NCBI GenBank assembly: GCA_963711985.1
Contig: CAVQGG010000001.1
Span: 157,287 to 221,286, forward strand
DNA: 64,000 bases
Reading direction: 5' to 3'
Source: an uncultured Solirubrobacteraceae bacterium
Lineage (GTDB): Bacteria > Actinomycetota > Thermoleophilia > Solirubrobacterales > Solirubrobacteraceae
Below, piece by piece: positions 19,477-30,102 of the stretch (position 1 is the first letter of the stretch; the number at the start of each line of letters is the position of its first letter). The position numbers were made by a program, and so were the translations under genes. Under the pieces are notes generated by a model, which was not told where the DNA came from, ran no database searches, and was given only the letters and a program-made list of their open reading frames with translations.

Positions 19477-19901
19477 ACGAACAGGGCGTCGCTGTTCGCT
19501 CTCGTCGACATCCAGTCGACCTCGTCGAACAGCGGGCAGTCCTCGAGGGTCGGGCAGCGGCACTCGGCCGCTGCCTCAAGCCAACCCCGTACGAGGCGTG
19601 CGCGCTCGATCAGCGCGTCGATCTCGGGAAGCTTGCGCTGGACGATGATGCGCAATCGCTCGGACACACCGCCGCTGGCAGCGGACGCGGCCAGTAGCTC
19701 ACGGATATCGCCAAGACTGAGGCCGGCTCGCTGCGCGGCGACGATGATCGACAGGGTGCGCAGGATCTCCACAGGGTAACGCCGACGGCCCGAGCTCCTC
19801 TCGGGTTCGGGCAGCAGGCCGATTGACTCGTAGTAGCGGATCGCCGAAGGACGCATCCCGGCGCGGCGAGCCACCTCGCCGATGAACAGTTCCTGGGCCA
19901 C
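19473..19901 (-). CDS. MerR-family regulator, SoxR-like
   Basis: IGEVARRAGMRPSAIRYYESIGLL...GRRRY; C-terminal CRCPTLEDC. Confidence 0.88.
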   Translation of the reverse strand: MAQELFIGEVARRAGMRPSAIRYYESIGLLPEPERSSGRRRYPVEILRTLSIIVAAQRAGLSLGDIRELLAASAASGGVSERLRIIVQRKLPEIDALIERARLVRGWLEAAAECRCPTLEDCPLFDEVDWMSTRANSDALFV

Positions 19902-19932
19902 TTGACTTAAACCTGACTTGAAGATGCACAGT
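19902..19932 (+). promoter_or_regulatory. MerR/SoxR-type promoter with 19-bp spacer
   Basis: TTGACT-19 bp-CACAGT overlapping imperfect dyad CTTAAA-N6-TTGAAG. Confidence 0.7.
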
Positions 19933-19961
19933 AGCCGAACAAACCCCGAAAGGAGCTCCCT

Positions 19962-20324
19962 ATGTCCCACGTCCCAGCTAGCAGCGACGCCTTTGACCAG
20001 GCGGTCGCGGTGATCCCCAGCTGCGCGCTTGACGAGGTTGGGAAGCACCAGCAGCGCGCCCGCTATGCGCTTCTGGCAGGCAGCGTCGCGCGTATCGAGC
20101 GCCAGACCGAGGCGGTGTTGATCTACTTCGATCACGACCTCGATCGCCAGACGCTCCAGCAGGCGCTGAGCGTAGAGCGCGAGTGCTGTCCGTTTTTCAG
20201 GTTCGCCTTCGATGAGCAGAGTCGAAGGCTGCGCGCGACGGTGACGAACACCGATCACGTTCCAGCGCTTGATGCCGTGGCGCACGCTCTCGAAGCCGCT
20301 CGTCAACCCACCCCAAGGAGTTAG
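19962..20324 (+). CDS. Small ExxCC-motif protein
   Basis: RBS AAGGAG; PSCAL and ERECCPFFRF motifs; divergent from the MerR gene. Confidence 0.7.
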   Translation: MSHVPASSDAFDQAVAVIPSCALDEVGKHQQRARYALLAGSVARIERQTEAVLIYFDHDLDRQTLQQALSVERECCPFFRFAFDEQSRRLRATVTNTDHVPALDAVAHALEAARQPTPRS

Positions 20325-20325
20325 G

Positions 20326-20680
20326 TGGCATAGAAGCTTACTTCGTGGTTGCCGATGCCTTGCACCTGGACCGTTTGGGCCGAGTGTTTGAGACGGTGAT
20401 CGATTGCGGGTTGTTCCACACGTTCGACAGCGATGAGCGGCGAGACCACGTGGCGGGTCTGGCGTCCGTGACGAGTCGTGGCGGGGAGCTGCACGTGCTC
20501 TGTTTCAGTGACGTCGGACCTGATACCGGCCCGCATCCCATCAGTCCAGGGCGAGTTGAGGGCAGCGTTCTAAAACGTAGCGGTGGCTGGAGCGTTGCCT
20601 CCGTCAGTCCGGATCGGATCCAGACAAGGTTCGACGCGCAGGGTGCACCGGCCTGGTTGGCGAAGATCGAACGGATCTAG
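20326..20680 (+). pseudogene. C-terminal remnant of a class I SAM-dependent methyltransferase
   Basis: FVVADALHL...FETVIDCGLFHTF...LCFSD; the SAM-binding N-terminus is missing. Confidence 0.7.
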
Positions 20681-20773
20681 TCACACGATTGAGCCGCACC
20701 CGCTGCTTTGCGCGGAAGGGAGCATGTGGTCTCAAGTAAACGACATTGCGCCCAGCCTGGACTGACCGCGAGC

Positions 20774-21777
20774 CTAGCCGGAGGCTCCCGCGGCCACGCC
20801 GGACGCCTCGACCTGTCGAGTGTCCTCGACCGGCGCGCGCCCGCCAGCGGTCGCGATCTGCACCACCGGGAACAGGGCGACGGCCAGCAGCACGAACAGC
20901 GGTCCCGAGTTGAAGTCGGTGGCGCCTTCGGTCCAAAAGGGGCCGCCCATGTCCTGCCCGAGGACCCAGTAGGCGAGCGACAGCACGATCCCGATCGCGA
21001 GCGCCGGCCAGCGCAGCGGCGTCCACACGCCGATGGCGACCGCCACGGAGACGATCGCGAGCACGACCGCGATCGTGGTGCCGTGACCCTGCGCGTGGTT
21101 CCCGATCGAGTTCTGGAAGCTGGCGAGCCAGTGCGGCGAGGATGCCGCCATCGCCCTGATCATTTCGTTGGTCGCTCCCGTCGCCCGGTTGACGTTCACC
21201 AGCCACAGGCCCGCCGATAGGGCCCACAGCCCTGACCAGAAGCACAGCCCGCCGCGGTCCCCGAGCGGCCCTCTGTCCGCCGGCGAGCGCCCCGTCTCCT
21301 TGCTCGTGGGCCATACCAGCAGGCCGATGATCGCGTAGATGATCACCGCCCCGGGCGCGCCCATCAGCGGCGAGGGCAGGGTGTTCGAGGTCAGTCCGCC
21401 GAAGCCCTCGCCGAACCACCACACGACCAGCGCCCAGCCGAAGGAGACGAGCAGCGCGGGCTTGACCGTCTTCCTGCTGAGGATCAGCCCGAGCCCGATC
21501 GCGACCTGGATCTCTCCCGAGAGGGTGTTCCACAGCGTCAGGTCGCGTCCATAGAAGCCGTCGAACGTTTTCATCGGGCCGCCGACGATCGACCACTGTT
21601 TTTCATCGCCGGCCCAAAGACTTCCTTGACGATGGCGTGCGTGAACATGAAGCCCTTGAACTGGAACAGCCCGTCGAGCAGCCAGACCACGCCGAGCGCG
21701 ACCTGTATGCCGCGTGTGGTCCCACGGAAACGACCGGCGGATAGGACGCTCGCGAGGGCGCCGGACGGGGCGCTCAT
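20774..21777 (-). CDS. Polytopic membrane protein, DoxX-like, internally duplicated (frameshift near 21590)
   Basis: LGVVWLLDGLFQF; repeated WWFGEGFGG / YWVLGQDMGG and TDFNSGPL motifs. Confidence 0.65.
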
Positions 21778-21938
21778 GACGATTGCGGGTGCGCCCGTGG
21801 GCGCGCTGGATGACAGAGGTTGGACATGACAGCGACTCCTTTGTCGCTCATCGATCCGGCCCGGCGAGACGCCAGCCGGCGTCGTTGACTCGCCCCGCGT
21901 CACGGGGCCTCGCGGTGCAGACGCAGACTGCCGAGCGC

Positions 21939-22292
21939 TCAGCGGCAGCCCGCGGGGGCGAGCGGCGGAGCACGGCCCGCCAATGCCACCGCGATCAGAC
22001 GCCCGCCGCGCGCGACACTCACCGCTGGGCGCAGGGGTCCGACGATTGCCCCGACGACGCTTGGACGCGGACGACCAGTACGCAGCCGTGCGATGACACG
22101 CTCCCCGAGGTAGGGGTGGGTGAGCATCATGACCGCTAGCGCAAGCGCCGGGAGCATGGTCAGCACCCCGCCTTGCGGTGAATCGATCGCTCCGCTGAGA
22201 GCGAGCACGGCGAGCGCGATCAGCGCGAGGATCAGCGCGAGTCGCCAAACGAGGCGTGCCCGCGGCCCAAACACAGAGCGAAGGCTGCTCAT
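21939..22292 (-). CDS. Small membrane hypothetical protein
   Basis: Two TMs, PYLGE, C-terminal LAGRAPP. Confidence 0.55.
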   Translation of the reverse strand: MSSLRSVFGPRARLVWRLALILALIALAVLALSGAIDSPQGGVLTMLPALALAVMMLTHPYLGERVIARLRTGRPRPSVVGAIVGPLRPAVSVARGGRLIAVALAGRAPPLAPAGCR

Positions 22293-22384
22293 CGCGCGGC
22301 AATCTTACCCCAGTGACGACGCCGCGGTGTCGGTGCGGCCAAAGCGGCACGCGAGCGATCGTCCTGTGCTACATTCGCGCGGCC

Positions 22385-23062
22385 ATGGGCGGCATGAACA
22401 TGAGCATGAGCCACGGCGGCGGTCACTCGACGTCGATCGGGGGAATGTCGATCGGCGCCGGGCACGGCAGCACCAACATCCTCCCCGAGTGGCTGGCGCT
22501 GATCTGGACGCTCGTCTTCATCGCGATCATCGTCATTCACACACGTCACGTGATCGACAGCGACGGTCAGCGGCGGATCTGGCACTCCGGTCACGTCCTG
22601 ATGGCGTTCGGCATGGCGTTCATGTTCGCGCCGTCCTCGATCGACCACTTCAACATCCCGAGCGGCTTCTGGCAGCTCGCGTTCGCCGACGGCGCCATCG
22701 CGATCGTCGCGTGGATGCTCGCCCAGGCACTCAGCGGCCGCCCGATCAACGTACTGTGGCTGGTGATGGCGATCGACCTGGCAGCGATGGCCTACATGTG
22801 GTCACCGAGCGGCTTCCAGGCCCCGATCACATGGATACTCGTCGCCTACTTCGCCGCGCAATCCCTGCTGTGGGTGAGCGACCGGATGCGCAGCATCGAT
22901 CACAGGACGCTGTCGGGCGGCAGCTTCTCGGTCACACCCGGTGGCGCGGTCGCCATCTCCGCTGCCGAGCCGCTGGTCTGCTTCCGCGATCTGCGGGCGT
23001 CGATGTTCGCGATGACGCTAGGCATGGCCTACATGTTCGCCGCCATGCAGCTGATGATGTAG
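22385..23062 (+). CDS. DUF5134-like Met/His-rich membrane protein
   Basis: HVLMAFGMAFMF, LAAMAYMW, MTLGMAYMF; N-terminus MGGMNMSMSHGGGH. Confidence 0.7.
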   Translation: MGGMNMSMSHGGGHSTSIGGMSIGAGHGSTNILPEWLALIWTLVFIAIIVIHTRHVIDSDGQRRIWHSGHVLMAFGMAFMFAPSSIDHFNIPSGFWQLAFADGAIAIVAWMLAQALSGRPINVLWLVMAIDLAAMAYMWSPSGFQAPITWILVAYFAAQSLLWVSDRMRSIDHRTLSGGSFSVTPGGAVAISAAEPLVCFRDLRASMFAMTLGMAYMFAAMQLMM

Positions 23063-23070
23063 CCAGCCGG

Positions 23071-23097
23071 AGCCGCCAGCCGCCAGCCGCCAGCCGC
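23071..23097 (+). repeat. 7-bp tandem repeat (AGCCGCC) x4 between convergent genes
   Basis: Read directly from the sequence. Confidence 0.8.
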
Positions 23098-23101
23098 GAG
23101 G

Positions 23102-25837
23102 TCAGTTGATCGGCACCGCGAAGGAGCCGCTCAAGGGGCGCCCGGCGCCGTCGGCGCCCGCGATGTGGAAGTCCCAGACGCCGCGCGTGAGACGGACTTC
23201 GGCGATGTCGTGGCCGGTGCCGGCGACGTAGAGGTTGACCTTGGCGTGTGCGCCGGTCGATGCGAGGTCGCGCGCATCGAGATCGAGCGGATAGCTCACC
23301 CGAGCGCTCGTCGTGCCCTCCAGGTAGAGATGCAGGTTTACGATGCCCGGCCGCAGTGGTTCGGCGTAGATCTCGAGCGTCTCGCCGGCCGGCTCGGCGA
23401 GGGTGTTCGAAGCGGTCCGCGGCACGGCGAAGGAGTCGGGGGCGGCGAGCACGAGCCCGCCGAGCAGCGCAGCCGGGATCGTGGCGGCCGTGGCGATGCT
23501 CACGAGTCGCTGGCGACTGCCGCGCACGGGCGTCCGGCGCCCAGGAGCACCGAAGCGCCGCAGCCGCAGGCTGTTGGTGACGACGGTGATGCTCGAAAAG
23601 CCCATCGCCACGGCGGCCAGCGCCGGGCTGAGCAGCCCCGTCATCGCCAGCGGCAACGCGATCAGGTTGTAGCCGAAGGCCCAGCCCAGGTTCTGCAGCA
23701 CGATCGTGTAGGTCTCCCGCGCAAGGCGCAGCGCCCGTGCCACACCGCGCAGGTCGCCGGAGAGCACGCTGATGTCGGCCGCCTCGATCGCCGCGCCGAC
23801 GCCCGTTCCCATCGCGATCCCGAGGTCCGCCCGCGTAAGGGCGGCGGCGTCGTTGACGCCATCGCCGACCATCCCCACGCGGTGGCCTTCGCCCTGCAGC
23901 CGAGCGATCTCCTCGAGCTTCCCGCTCGGGCTCACCCCCGCGAGCACGTGCTCGATGCCGACCGCCGAGGCGACCGCCCGTGCGGCGCGCGGGTTGTCGC
24001 CGGTGAGCAGCTCGACGTCTATGCCCATGCTGCGCAGCCCCGCGATCGCCGCCTGCGCCTCGGGCTTGACGGTGTCGGCCAGGGCCACCGCGCCGACGAG
24101 CTGCTCCTCGCGCTCGATCACGACCGCCGTGCGGCCGCTCGCCTCCCAGCCCTCGAGCACCGACGCGAGCTGGGGCGAGTCCTCCAGCGTGCCCGGGCGT
24201 CCCACCCATACGTTGAGGCCGTCCAGGAGCGCACGCACGCCCCGGCCGGGAATCGAGCGGAACTCGGCCGCGTGCGCGAGCTGCAAGCCGCGCGCGTGCG
24301 CCGCGGCCACGACGGCCAGCGCCACGGGGTGCTCCGAGCTGGCCTCGACGGACGCTGCGAGCGCGAGCACCTGATCTGGATCCTCGCCGGGAGCCGTCCA
24401 GATGTCGGCGACCGACAGCTCACCCGTCGTGACCGTGCCGGTCTTGTCGAGGACGATCGTGTCGAGATGCTGGCTTCGCTCGAGGATCTCGGCGCTGCGG
24501 ATGAGCAGCCCGAGCCTGGCGCCGCGCCCCGTGCCCACGAGGATCGCGACGGGCGTCGCGAGCCCGAGGGCACAGGGACACGCGACGATCAGAACGGCGA
24601 TCGTGGCGTCGATGCCGCGCTGCAGGTGCATCGAGGCGAACATGCCCTGCAGGCCATCGCCCGTGAGGATCCATGCGAGCGCCGTGAGCGCCGCGAGCAT
24701 GAGCACGACCGGCACGAAGACGCGCGCGATCTCGTCGGCGAGCCGCTGGATCTTCGGCTTGGACGCCTGCGCGCGCTCGACGAGCGCCACGAGCTGCGAG
24801 AGCGCGGTGTCGGCGCCGACCGCGGTCGCACGCGCCTGCAGCACGCCGTCGACGTTCAGCGTCGCGCCCGTCAGCAGCGCGCCCACGTCCTTCTCCACGG
24901 GAAGCGACTCGCCGGTGAGCATCGACTCGTCGACCGCGGAGGCGCCGGCGATCACGATCCCGTCGACCGGGACGCTGTCGCCGGGGCGCACGCGAAACAC
25001 GTCGCCGCGACGCACCTCCTCCACCGCCACCAGACGCTCGGGCGCGCTCGGATCGTCGGAGTCGAGAAGGCGGGCCTGCGTCGCGCCGAGCTGCGCCAGC
25101 TCGCGCACCGCGCGCCCGGAGCTGGCGCGCGCCTTCGCCTCGCACCAGCGGGCGATGAGCAGCGCCGCGATGATCGTGGCCCCCATGTCGTAGCAGAGCG
25201 GCATGTTGAACTTTCCGACCGGAACGCCGTGCTCGTAGACCGGGCTGGCGCTCAGCAGCATCACGGTCGAATAGACGAAGCTCGCGAGCGTGCTCAGCGC
25301 GATCAGCGTGTCCATGTTGGTGGAGCGCGCGCGCGCTCGAGCCCACGCCGAGCGCAGGAACGGCAGACCGCACCAGAACTGCACGGGTACGGCGAGCGCC
25401 GCCACGATCCAGCGCGCGGTCTGCTCGTGCGGCTGCGCGTAGGTGAGGACCGCGATCGCCGTGGCGAGCGGCACCGCGAGCGCGATCCGCCGCACCAGGC
25501 TGGCCTGCTCGCGCGCCTCGCTGCGCTCGAGCGCCTCGAACGTGCGCGCCTGCTCGGTCGCGCTCGGCACCACCGGCGAAGCCCCGTAGCCTGCGTGCTG
25601 CACCGCGACGACGAGCTGGTCGGGGTCCAGCGCCCCTGGTTCGAGCTCGACCGTCGCGCGTCCGGTCGCGTAGTTGACGAGCGCCTCGCTAACGCCGGGC
25701 TGCCGGCTGAGCGCGCGCTGCACCCGCGCCGCGCACGAGCCGCAGGTCATCCCGGACACGTCGAACTCGATCACCTCGCGCAGGCCATCCGAGGACCCGG
25801 CGGCGACGGTCGGCTCTGCGATCTGGCTCGTGCTCAT
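23102..25837 (-). CDS. copA: Cu(I)-transporting P1B-1 ATPase with a C-terminal extension
   Basis: GMTCGSC HMA domain, TGES, CPC, DKTGT, SEHP, GDGVND, YN, MGFSS. Confidence 0.93.
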   Translation of the reverse strand: MSTSQIAEPTVAAGSSDGLREVIEFDVSGMTCGSCAARVQRALSRQPGVSEALVNYATGRATVELEPGALDPDQLVVAVQHAGYGASPVVPSATEQARTFEALERSEAREQASLVRRIALAVPLATAIAVLTYAQPHEQTARWIVAALAVPVQFWCGLPFLRSAWARARARSTNMDTLIALSTLASFVYSTVMLLSASPVYEHGVPVGKFNMPLCYDMGATIIAALLIARWCEAKARASSGRAVRELAQLGATQARLLDSDDPSAPERLVAVEEVRRGDVFRVRPGDSVPVDGIVIAGASAVDESMLTGESLPVEKDVGALLTGATLNVDGVLQARATAVGADTALSQLVALVERAQASKPKIQRLADEIARVFVPVVLMLAALTALAWILTGDGLQGMFASMHLQRGIDATIAVLIVACPCALGLATPVAILVGTGRGARLGLLIRSAEILERSQHLDTIVLDKTGTVTTGELSVADIWTAPGEDPDQVLALAASVEASSEHPVALAVVAAAHARGLQLAHAAEFRSIPGRGVRALLDGLNVWVGRPGTLEDSPQLASVLEGWEASGRTAVVIEREEQLVGAVALADTVKPEAQAAIAGLRSMGIDVELLTGDNPRAARAVASAVGIEHVLAGVSPSGKLEEIARLQGEGHRVGMVGDGVNDAAALTRADLGIAMGTGVGAAIEAADISVLSGDLRGVARALRLARETYTIVLQNLGWAFGYNLIALPLAMTGLLSPALAAVAMGFSSITVVTNSLRLRRFGAPGRRTPVRGSRQRLVSIATAATIPAALLGGLVLAAPDSFAVPRTASNTLAEPAGETLEIYAEPLRPGIVNLHLYLEGTTSARVSYPLDLDARDLASTGAHAKVNLYVAGTGHDIAEVRLTRGVWDFHIAGADGAGRPLSGSFAVPIN

Positions 25838-25890
25838 CCTCGAGGCTCCAGTTCAGGATAGCGGCGGCACGCCGCTGCACCTATTTCATC

Positions 25891-26368
25891 ATGCTGTCGC
25901 CATGGCCCCGGCATCTGCCTGTCGACGCGCTGCGCGGTCGCGTTTCTGCTCGCGCTCTCGGGCTGCGGCGCGAGCCGAGCCCCGAGCGCCGGGAGCCAAC
26001 CCGGGTCGACCGTGCCGTCGTACGTCACCGAACCGTTCACACACGAGCAGCAGCTCGTCGAGCAGGGCGCTCGCCTGGTCATAGCCGACGGCTGCTCGGC
26101 GTGCCATCTCGCGGCAACCCGCAAGGGCTTCGCTCCGAGCTTCGCAAGCTTCGCGGGCCACCGCGTCACCCTGAGCGACGGGCGCAGCGTCGTGGTGGAC
26201 GAACATTTCCTGCGGGGAGGCCTGCTTCACCCCGGTGGGAGCGAGATCGAGGGCTACGATCCCGCGCCGATGCTCGCGGCGGTGAAACGCCTGCGCCTGG
26301 GCGGCCAGCCGGAGCAGGTCGCCGCGCTCGCGGCGTTCATCGAGCAGATCGGGCCCGAACCGGAATAG
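25891..26368 (+). CDS. Monoheme cytochrome c lipoprotein (5' frameshift, start uncertain)
   Basis: Lipobox LALSGC in frame with CSACH; L.DG..V.VDE.FLR..LL.P...GY...M resembles the caa3 subunit II cytochrome c domain. Confidence 0.75.
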
Positions 26369-26425
26369 CCCGGAGAGATGCCCTGGCCGCCGCCTGCCCC
26401 GGGGAGCTGCGTCTAGCATCTGGCG

Positions 26426-27402
26426 ATGATGGACATCGAGGCTCTGCACGCGCGTCGTGAAGATCGCCGGCGAGCGATCCGGCGTCGTCGTCGCGTGGCC
26501 GCCTGCCTGATCGCGGCAGCGGCGGCGCTCGTGGCCGCGATCGTCGTCCTCGCGGGCGCCTCGGGCGGGAGCTCTCAGCGGCCCGCGACCCGCGGCCCGC
26601 TCCGCGCGCCTGCGCACTCCCGGCGACCGGCGCGAACGCCGGGTCCGCGGCGAGCGCCACCGCGGGCTCGAGCGCCGGCCATCCCGGGACCGAGCCCGTC
26701 CCGATCCTCATGTACCACGTGATCGCCGCCCCTCCCCCGGACGCTGCGTTCCCGGGGCTGTACGTGAAACCGGCGGAGTTCGCCGAACAGATGCAGGCGC
26801 TCAAGAGCGCCGGCTGGCACGCGGTGACGCTGGACCAGGTCGAGGCATACTGGCGCCAGGGCGTGCCGCTCGGAGCAGGCAAGCCGATCGTGCTCAGCTT
26901 CGACAACGGCTACCAGTCCCAGTACACGCAGGCGCTCCCAGTGCTGCGCCGGCTCGGGTGGGTGGGGAACGAGAACATCCAGCTGACCGGCCTGCCGCCG
27001 TCGCAGGGCGGACTCGTGCCGGAAGAGATCCGCGGCCTGCTGGCGGCGGGTTGGGAGCTGGACACCCAGGGGATCAGCCACGCCGATCTGGTCACGCTGG
27101 ACGCCGAACAGCTGCACTACCAGGTGGCCGTCGCGCGGCAGATCCTCCAGCAGCGCTACCACATCGCCGTCAACTGGTTCTGCTACCCCTCCGGCGACTA
27201 CGACCCCACGGTCGTCGCCGCGGTCAAGGCGGCCGGCTTCATCGGGTCCACGACCGTCGTGCCCGGCTGGGCGCACCCGAGCGACGACCCCTATCGCCTG
27301 CACCGCCTGCGCGTGCTCGGCGGGACGACGGGGCAGGAGCTGCTGGAACTGCTGGCCGGCACCCGCGAAGACCCTTCCGGGCCGAGCTCCTACAGCGCCT
27401 AG
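26426..27402 (+). CDS. Polysaccharide deacetylase, CE4 (frameshift near 26580)
   Basis: N-terminal TM, PILMYH, LSFDNG, FCYPSG; canonical DD and HxxxH are altered (DNG, QGISH). Confidence 0.85.
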
Positions 27403-28064
27403 CGCCGGCCGAGATCGGGAGGGCGCTGAGCGGCCGCGAGGCTCGCCTCGGCGGCTTCTGCGCGGGTGCGCAGGGCATGGCACTCGATCTGGGCATCGCG
27501 AAGCCGCTCGTAGACCCGGCGGTTCTGCTCCTGCGCGCGGGCCAGCTCGTGCTCGAGGAACGCCCGTGCGTCTTCTATCAGCCTGATCTGCCCGCGCACC
27601 CGCGGGCGGGTCAGGTCGAACTGGTGGGCGAACTCCTCGAGCGTGACCCGGCGGGGCTCGCCCTCCAGCGCCAGCACGGCGGGGTGATCTGCCGCATCGC
27701 AGCGAGCACCGGCGCCCGGCCACCATATCCGCACCACGCCGCGGTCGATCGCGAGCCTCCGTCCGAGCATCTCCCGCAGGCCATACAGCAGATCGTCGCT
27801 GGAGATCAGATAGATGCGAACGCCGGGCCCGACCACCGCGCGCACGTCGCCGCACGCAAGCACAGGTTGATCCCCGTCCGCGGCCAACGTGAGCCCGATC
27901 ACCGGCCGCTCGCGACGGCTGAGGATGTCCGCGCGCAGACACCGCAGGTCCGCCATCGTCTCGACGGCGATGCAATCCGAATCCGAAGCGTCGAGAGCGC
28001 CGAGGAGAAGTTGGTCGTCGATCGTGAAGGCCATCCGCTGATCCCGATCGTCGAGGTTCCTCAC
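27399..28064 (-). CDS. Hypothetical protein with C-terminal coiled coil
   Basis: RPVIGL...GVVRIWWPG...HP domain plus heptad-rich tail; GTGA overlap with the upstream HTH gene. Confidence 0.7.
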   Translation of the reverse strand: MRNLDDRDQRMAFTIDDQLLLGALDASDSDCIAVETMADLRCLRADILSRRERPVIGLTLAADGDQPVLACGDVRAVVGPGVRIYLISSDDLLYGLREMLGRRLAIDRGVVRIWWPGAGARCDAADHPAVLALEGEPRRVTLEEFAHQFDLTRPRVRGQIRLIEDARAFLEHELARAQEQNRRVYERLRDAQIECHALRTRAEAAEASLAAAQRPPDLGRR

Positions 28065-28609
28065 ACGAGCCTGTATCGGCGCGTCGAGGGGTCGCGCTCG
28101 AGCAGTCCCACCGCCACGAGCGTGGACACGTAGCGGTGGGTCGTGCTCGGGTTCATATCGAGCATCCGGGCGATTTCCGCGTTGCCCAGGTAACTGCCGT
28201 CGGTCGGAAACGACGCCAGCATCAGCAGGCCGGCGAGCAGGGAACGCGACAGCCTGCTGTCCTCCATCTGGCGGGGCTCGCGCGCGAGAACCTCACGGAC
28301 GTCTCTGAGTCCGGAGAGCAGAACGGACATGCTGCCGCCCTCGGCCGCGCTGCGAATCACTCGATCGACCTGGGCCGGGGAGAGCTCGATGACGACCTTC
28401 TCTGTCTCCGTCTCGGTGTCCGTCTCCGCGCCACCCGCGTACTCATCCTTCCGCCTGCGGACCGGAGGCGCCGGCGGACGCGCGGTCCACTCCCGCGGGA
28501 TGGACGGCGCGAGCTCGCCATCGGCGGCCGCGCCCTGGTCAAGGCGTCGAATCCGGCGTACATTCGCTGTCCGGGACAGCCGGCTGGGAGTGTCTGCATC
28601 CGTGTTCAC
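28061..28609 (-). CDS. Protein with a C-terminal IclR-type HTH and no effector domain
   Basis: SRSLLAGLLML...EIARMLDMNPSTTHRYVSTLVAVGLLERDPSTRRYRL at the C-terminus. Confidence 0.8.
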   Translation of the reverse strand: MNTDADTPSRLSRTANVRRIRRLDQGAAADGELAPSIPREWTARPPAPPVRRRKDEYAGGAETDTETETEKVVIELSPAQVDRVIRSAAEGGSMSVLLSGLRDVREVLAREPRQMEDSRLSRSLLAGLLMLASFPTDGSYLGNAEIARMLDMNPSTTHRYVSTLVAVGLLERDPSTRRYRLV

Positions 28610-28741
28610 GTGCCCACATGATGCAGCGTTGCGATAGCCCTGACAAGGCAGGCTGTTGAATGTTCTACATCCTGACTGTCGACGAAAGATAGAAACATCT
28701 CTTCTATTCACCGTGGGGCTGCGATTAGGCTATGCCATGAG

Positions 28742-29350
28742 ATGAGTGCAAGGTCGGTGGTGGAGAAGCGCCCCAAGCGGGGTGCCAGCCCGATGCAGTC
28801 GGCCGTCCATTGGGCCCTGCTGGGGCTCGTCATAGAGCGTCCGAGCTACGGGTACGAGCTGGCGCACAGATTCGAACAGGCGTACGCGGGCATGCTGCAG
28901 CTGAGCGGCGTCTCCTACGTGTACACGGCACTCGACACGCTCCAGCTCAGGGAGATGATCGAAGAGATACCCGGCACCCGCACGGGACGGCAGCCCAAGC
29001 CTCGCTACCGCGCGACGTGCCAGGGGGTGCGCAGCTACCAGGAGCGCCTGATCGCCCAGATGCGCGAAGACTTCCGGCGCTCTCGGCTGTTCGCGCAGTT
29101 GGCGGCGCTCGCGCAGGAGCCCGAGATGGCGCTGGACGTGATCGAGCGCTATGGGCAGGCCTGCCTGGCGGAGGCGAGCGACACGCCGGTCCCCGCGCCG
29201 GGCGACTCCCGTGCGGACGCGGTATCCGGCCTGGCCTTCCGGCTCGTGTCCGAGGAGCGCCGGCTGGCGATGGAAGCAAGGCTCCCCTGGATCGAGTATG
29301 CCCGGCGCGAGTTCAGGACCCTGGCCGCCGGCAGGATGCAGCCGCGATGA
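28742..29350 (+). CDS. PadR-family transcriptional regulator
   Basis: ALLGLVIERPSYGYEL...VYTALDTL...RYRAT..G. Confidence 0.85.
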   Translation: MSARSVVEKRPKRGASPMQSAVHWALLGLVIERPSYGYELAHRFEQAYAGMLQLSGVSYVYTALDTLQLREMIEEIPGTRTGRQPKPRYRATCQGVRSYQERLIAQMREDFRRSRLFAQLAALAQEPEMALDVIERYGQACLAEASDTPVPAPGDSRADAVSGLAFRLVSEERRLAMEARLPWIEYARREFRTLAAGRMQPR

Positions 29351-30045
29351 GCCTGCTCGAGCTGGAGCGCGTCAGCAAGTGCTACGGCCGGCTGAACGAG
29401 CGTGTCGCGCTTCGCGACGTCTCGCTGCAGATCGAGGCGGGCGAAATGGTTGCCGTCTGGGGCATGCGGCGCTCCGGACGCTCGACGCTGCTGCGCATCG
29501 CGGCCGGCGTCGAGGCGCCGGACACGGGCGTGGTGCGCTTCGAGGGCCACGATCTGTCTGACCGCCGCGGCGAGCGGCTCGGCGAGGGGATCGGCTACTG
29601 CCGCAGGACGTTTCGACCCAGCGAAGGGCAGCTCGTCCGCGACCATCTGATCGTCGGTCTCCTCGCACGCGGAGTGCCGTTGTCGCTGGCCGCGAGCCGC
29701 GCCCGGGCGGCCCTCGAGCGCGTGGAGATGGGACGCTGCGCAACGCTCAGGCCAAGTGAGCTGGACTGCGCCGAAGCCGTGCGCGCCGCCATCGCGCGGG
29801 CGCTCGCCTTCGCACCGAGGCTGCTGCTCATCGACGAGCCGACCATCGGCGTGGACCTGCTCGCGCGGGACGGCATCCTCCTGCTGCTGCAATCGCTGGC
29901 GCAGGAAGGCATGGCGATACTCGCGAGCACCGGGGAATCCCCAGGCCTCTCCGGGGCTCGCGCGCTCACGCTGAGCGAAGGCGAACTGCATGGACGGCGG
30001 GCTCGCGAGCTTGCCACGGTCGTTCCGCTACGTCGTAGCGCCTGA
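29347..30045 (+). CDS. Degenerate ABC ATP-binding protein
   Basis: ABC fold with IDEP, but Walker A is GMRRSGRST, signature is LDCAE and the H-loop His is absent. Confidence 0.8.
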   Translation: MSLLELERVSKCYGRLNERVALRDVSLQIEAGEMVAVWGMRRSGRSTLLRIAAGVEAPDTGVVRFEGHDLSDRRGERLGEGIGYCRRTFRPSEGQLVRDHLIVGLLARGVPLSLAASRARAALERVEMGRCATLRPSELDCAEAVRAAIARALAFAPRLLLIDEPTIGVDLLARDGILLLLQSLAQEGMAILASTGESPGLSGARALTLSEGELHGRRARELATVVPLRRSA

Positions 30046-30102
30046 TGCTCGGCCAGCGCACGAGCGGGCTCCGATCCCCAGCGATTACGGAGTAGAGGGC
30101 CG

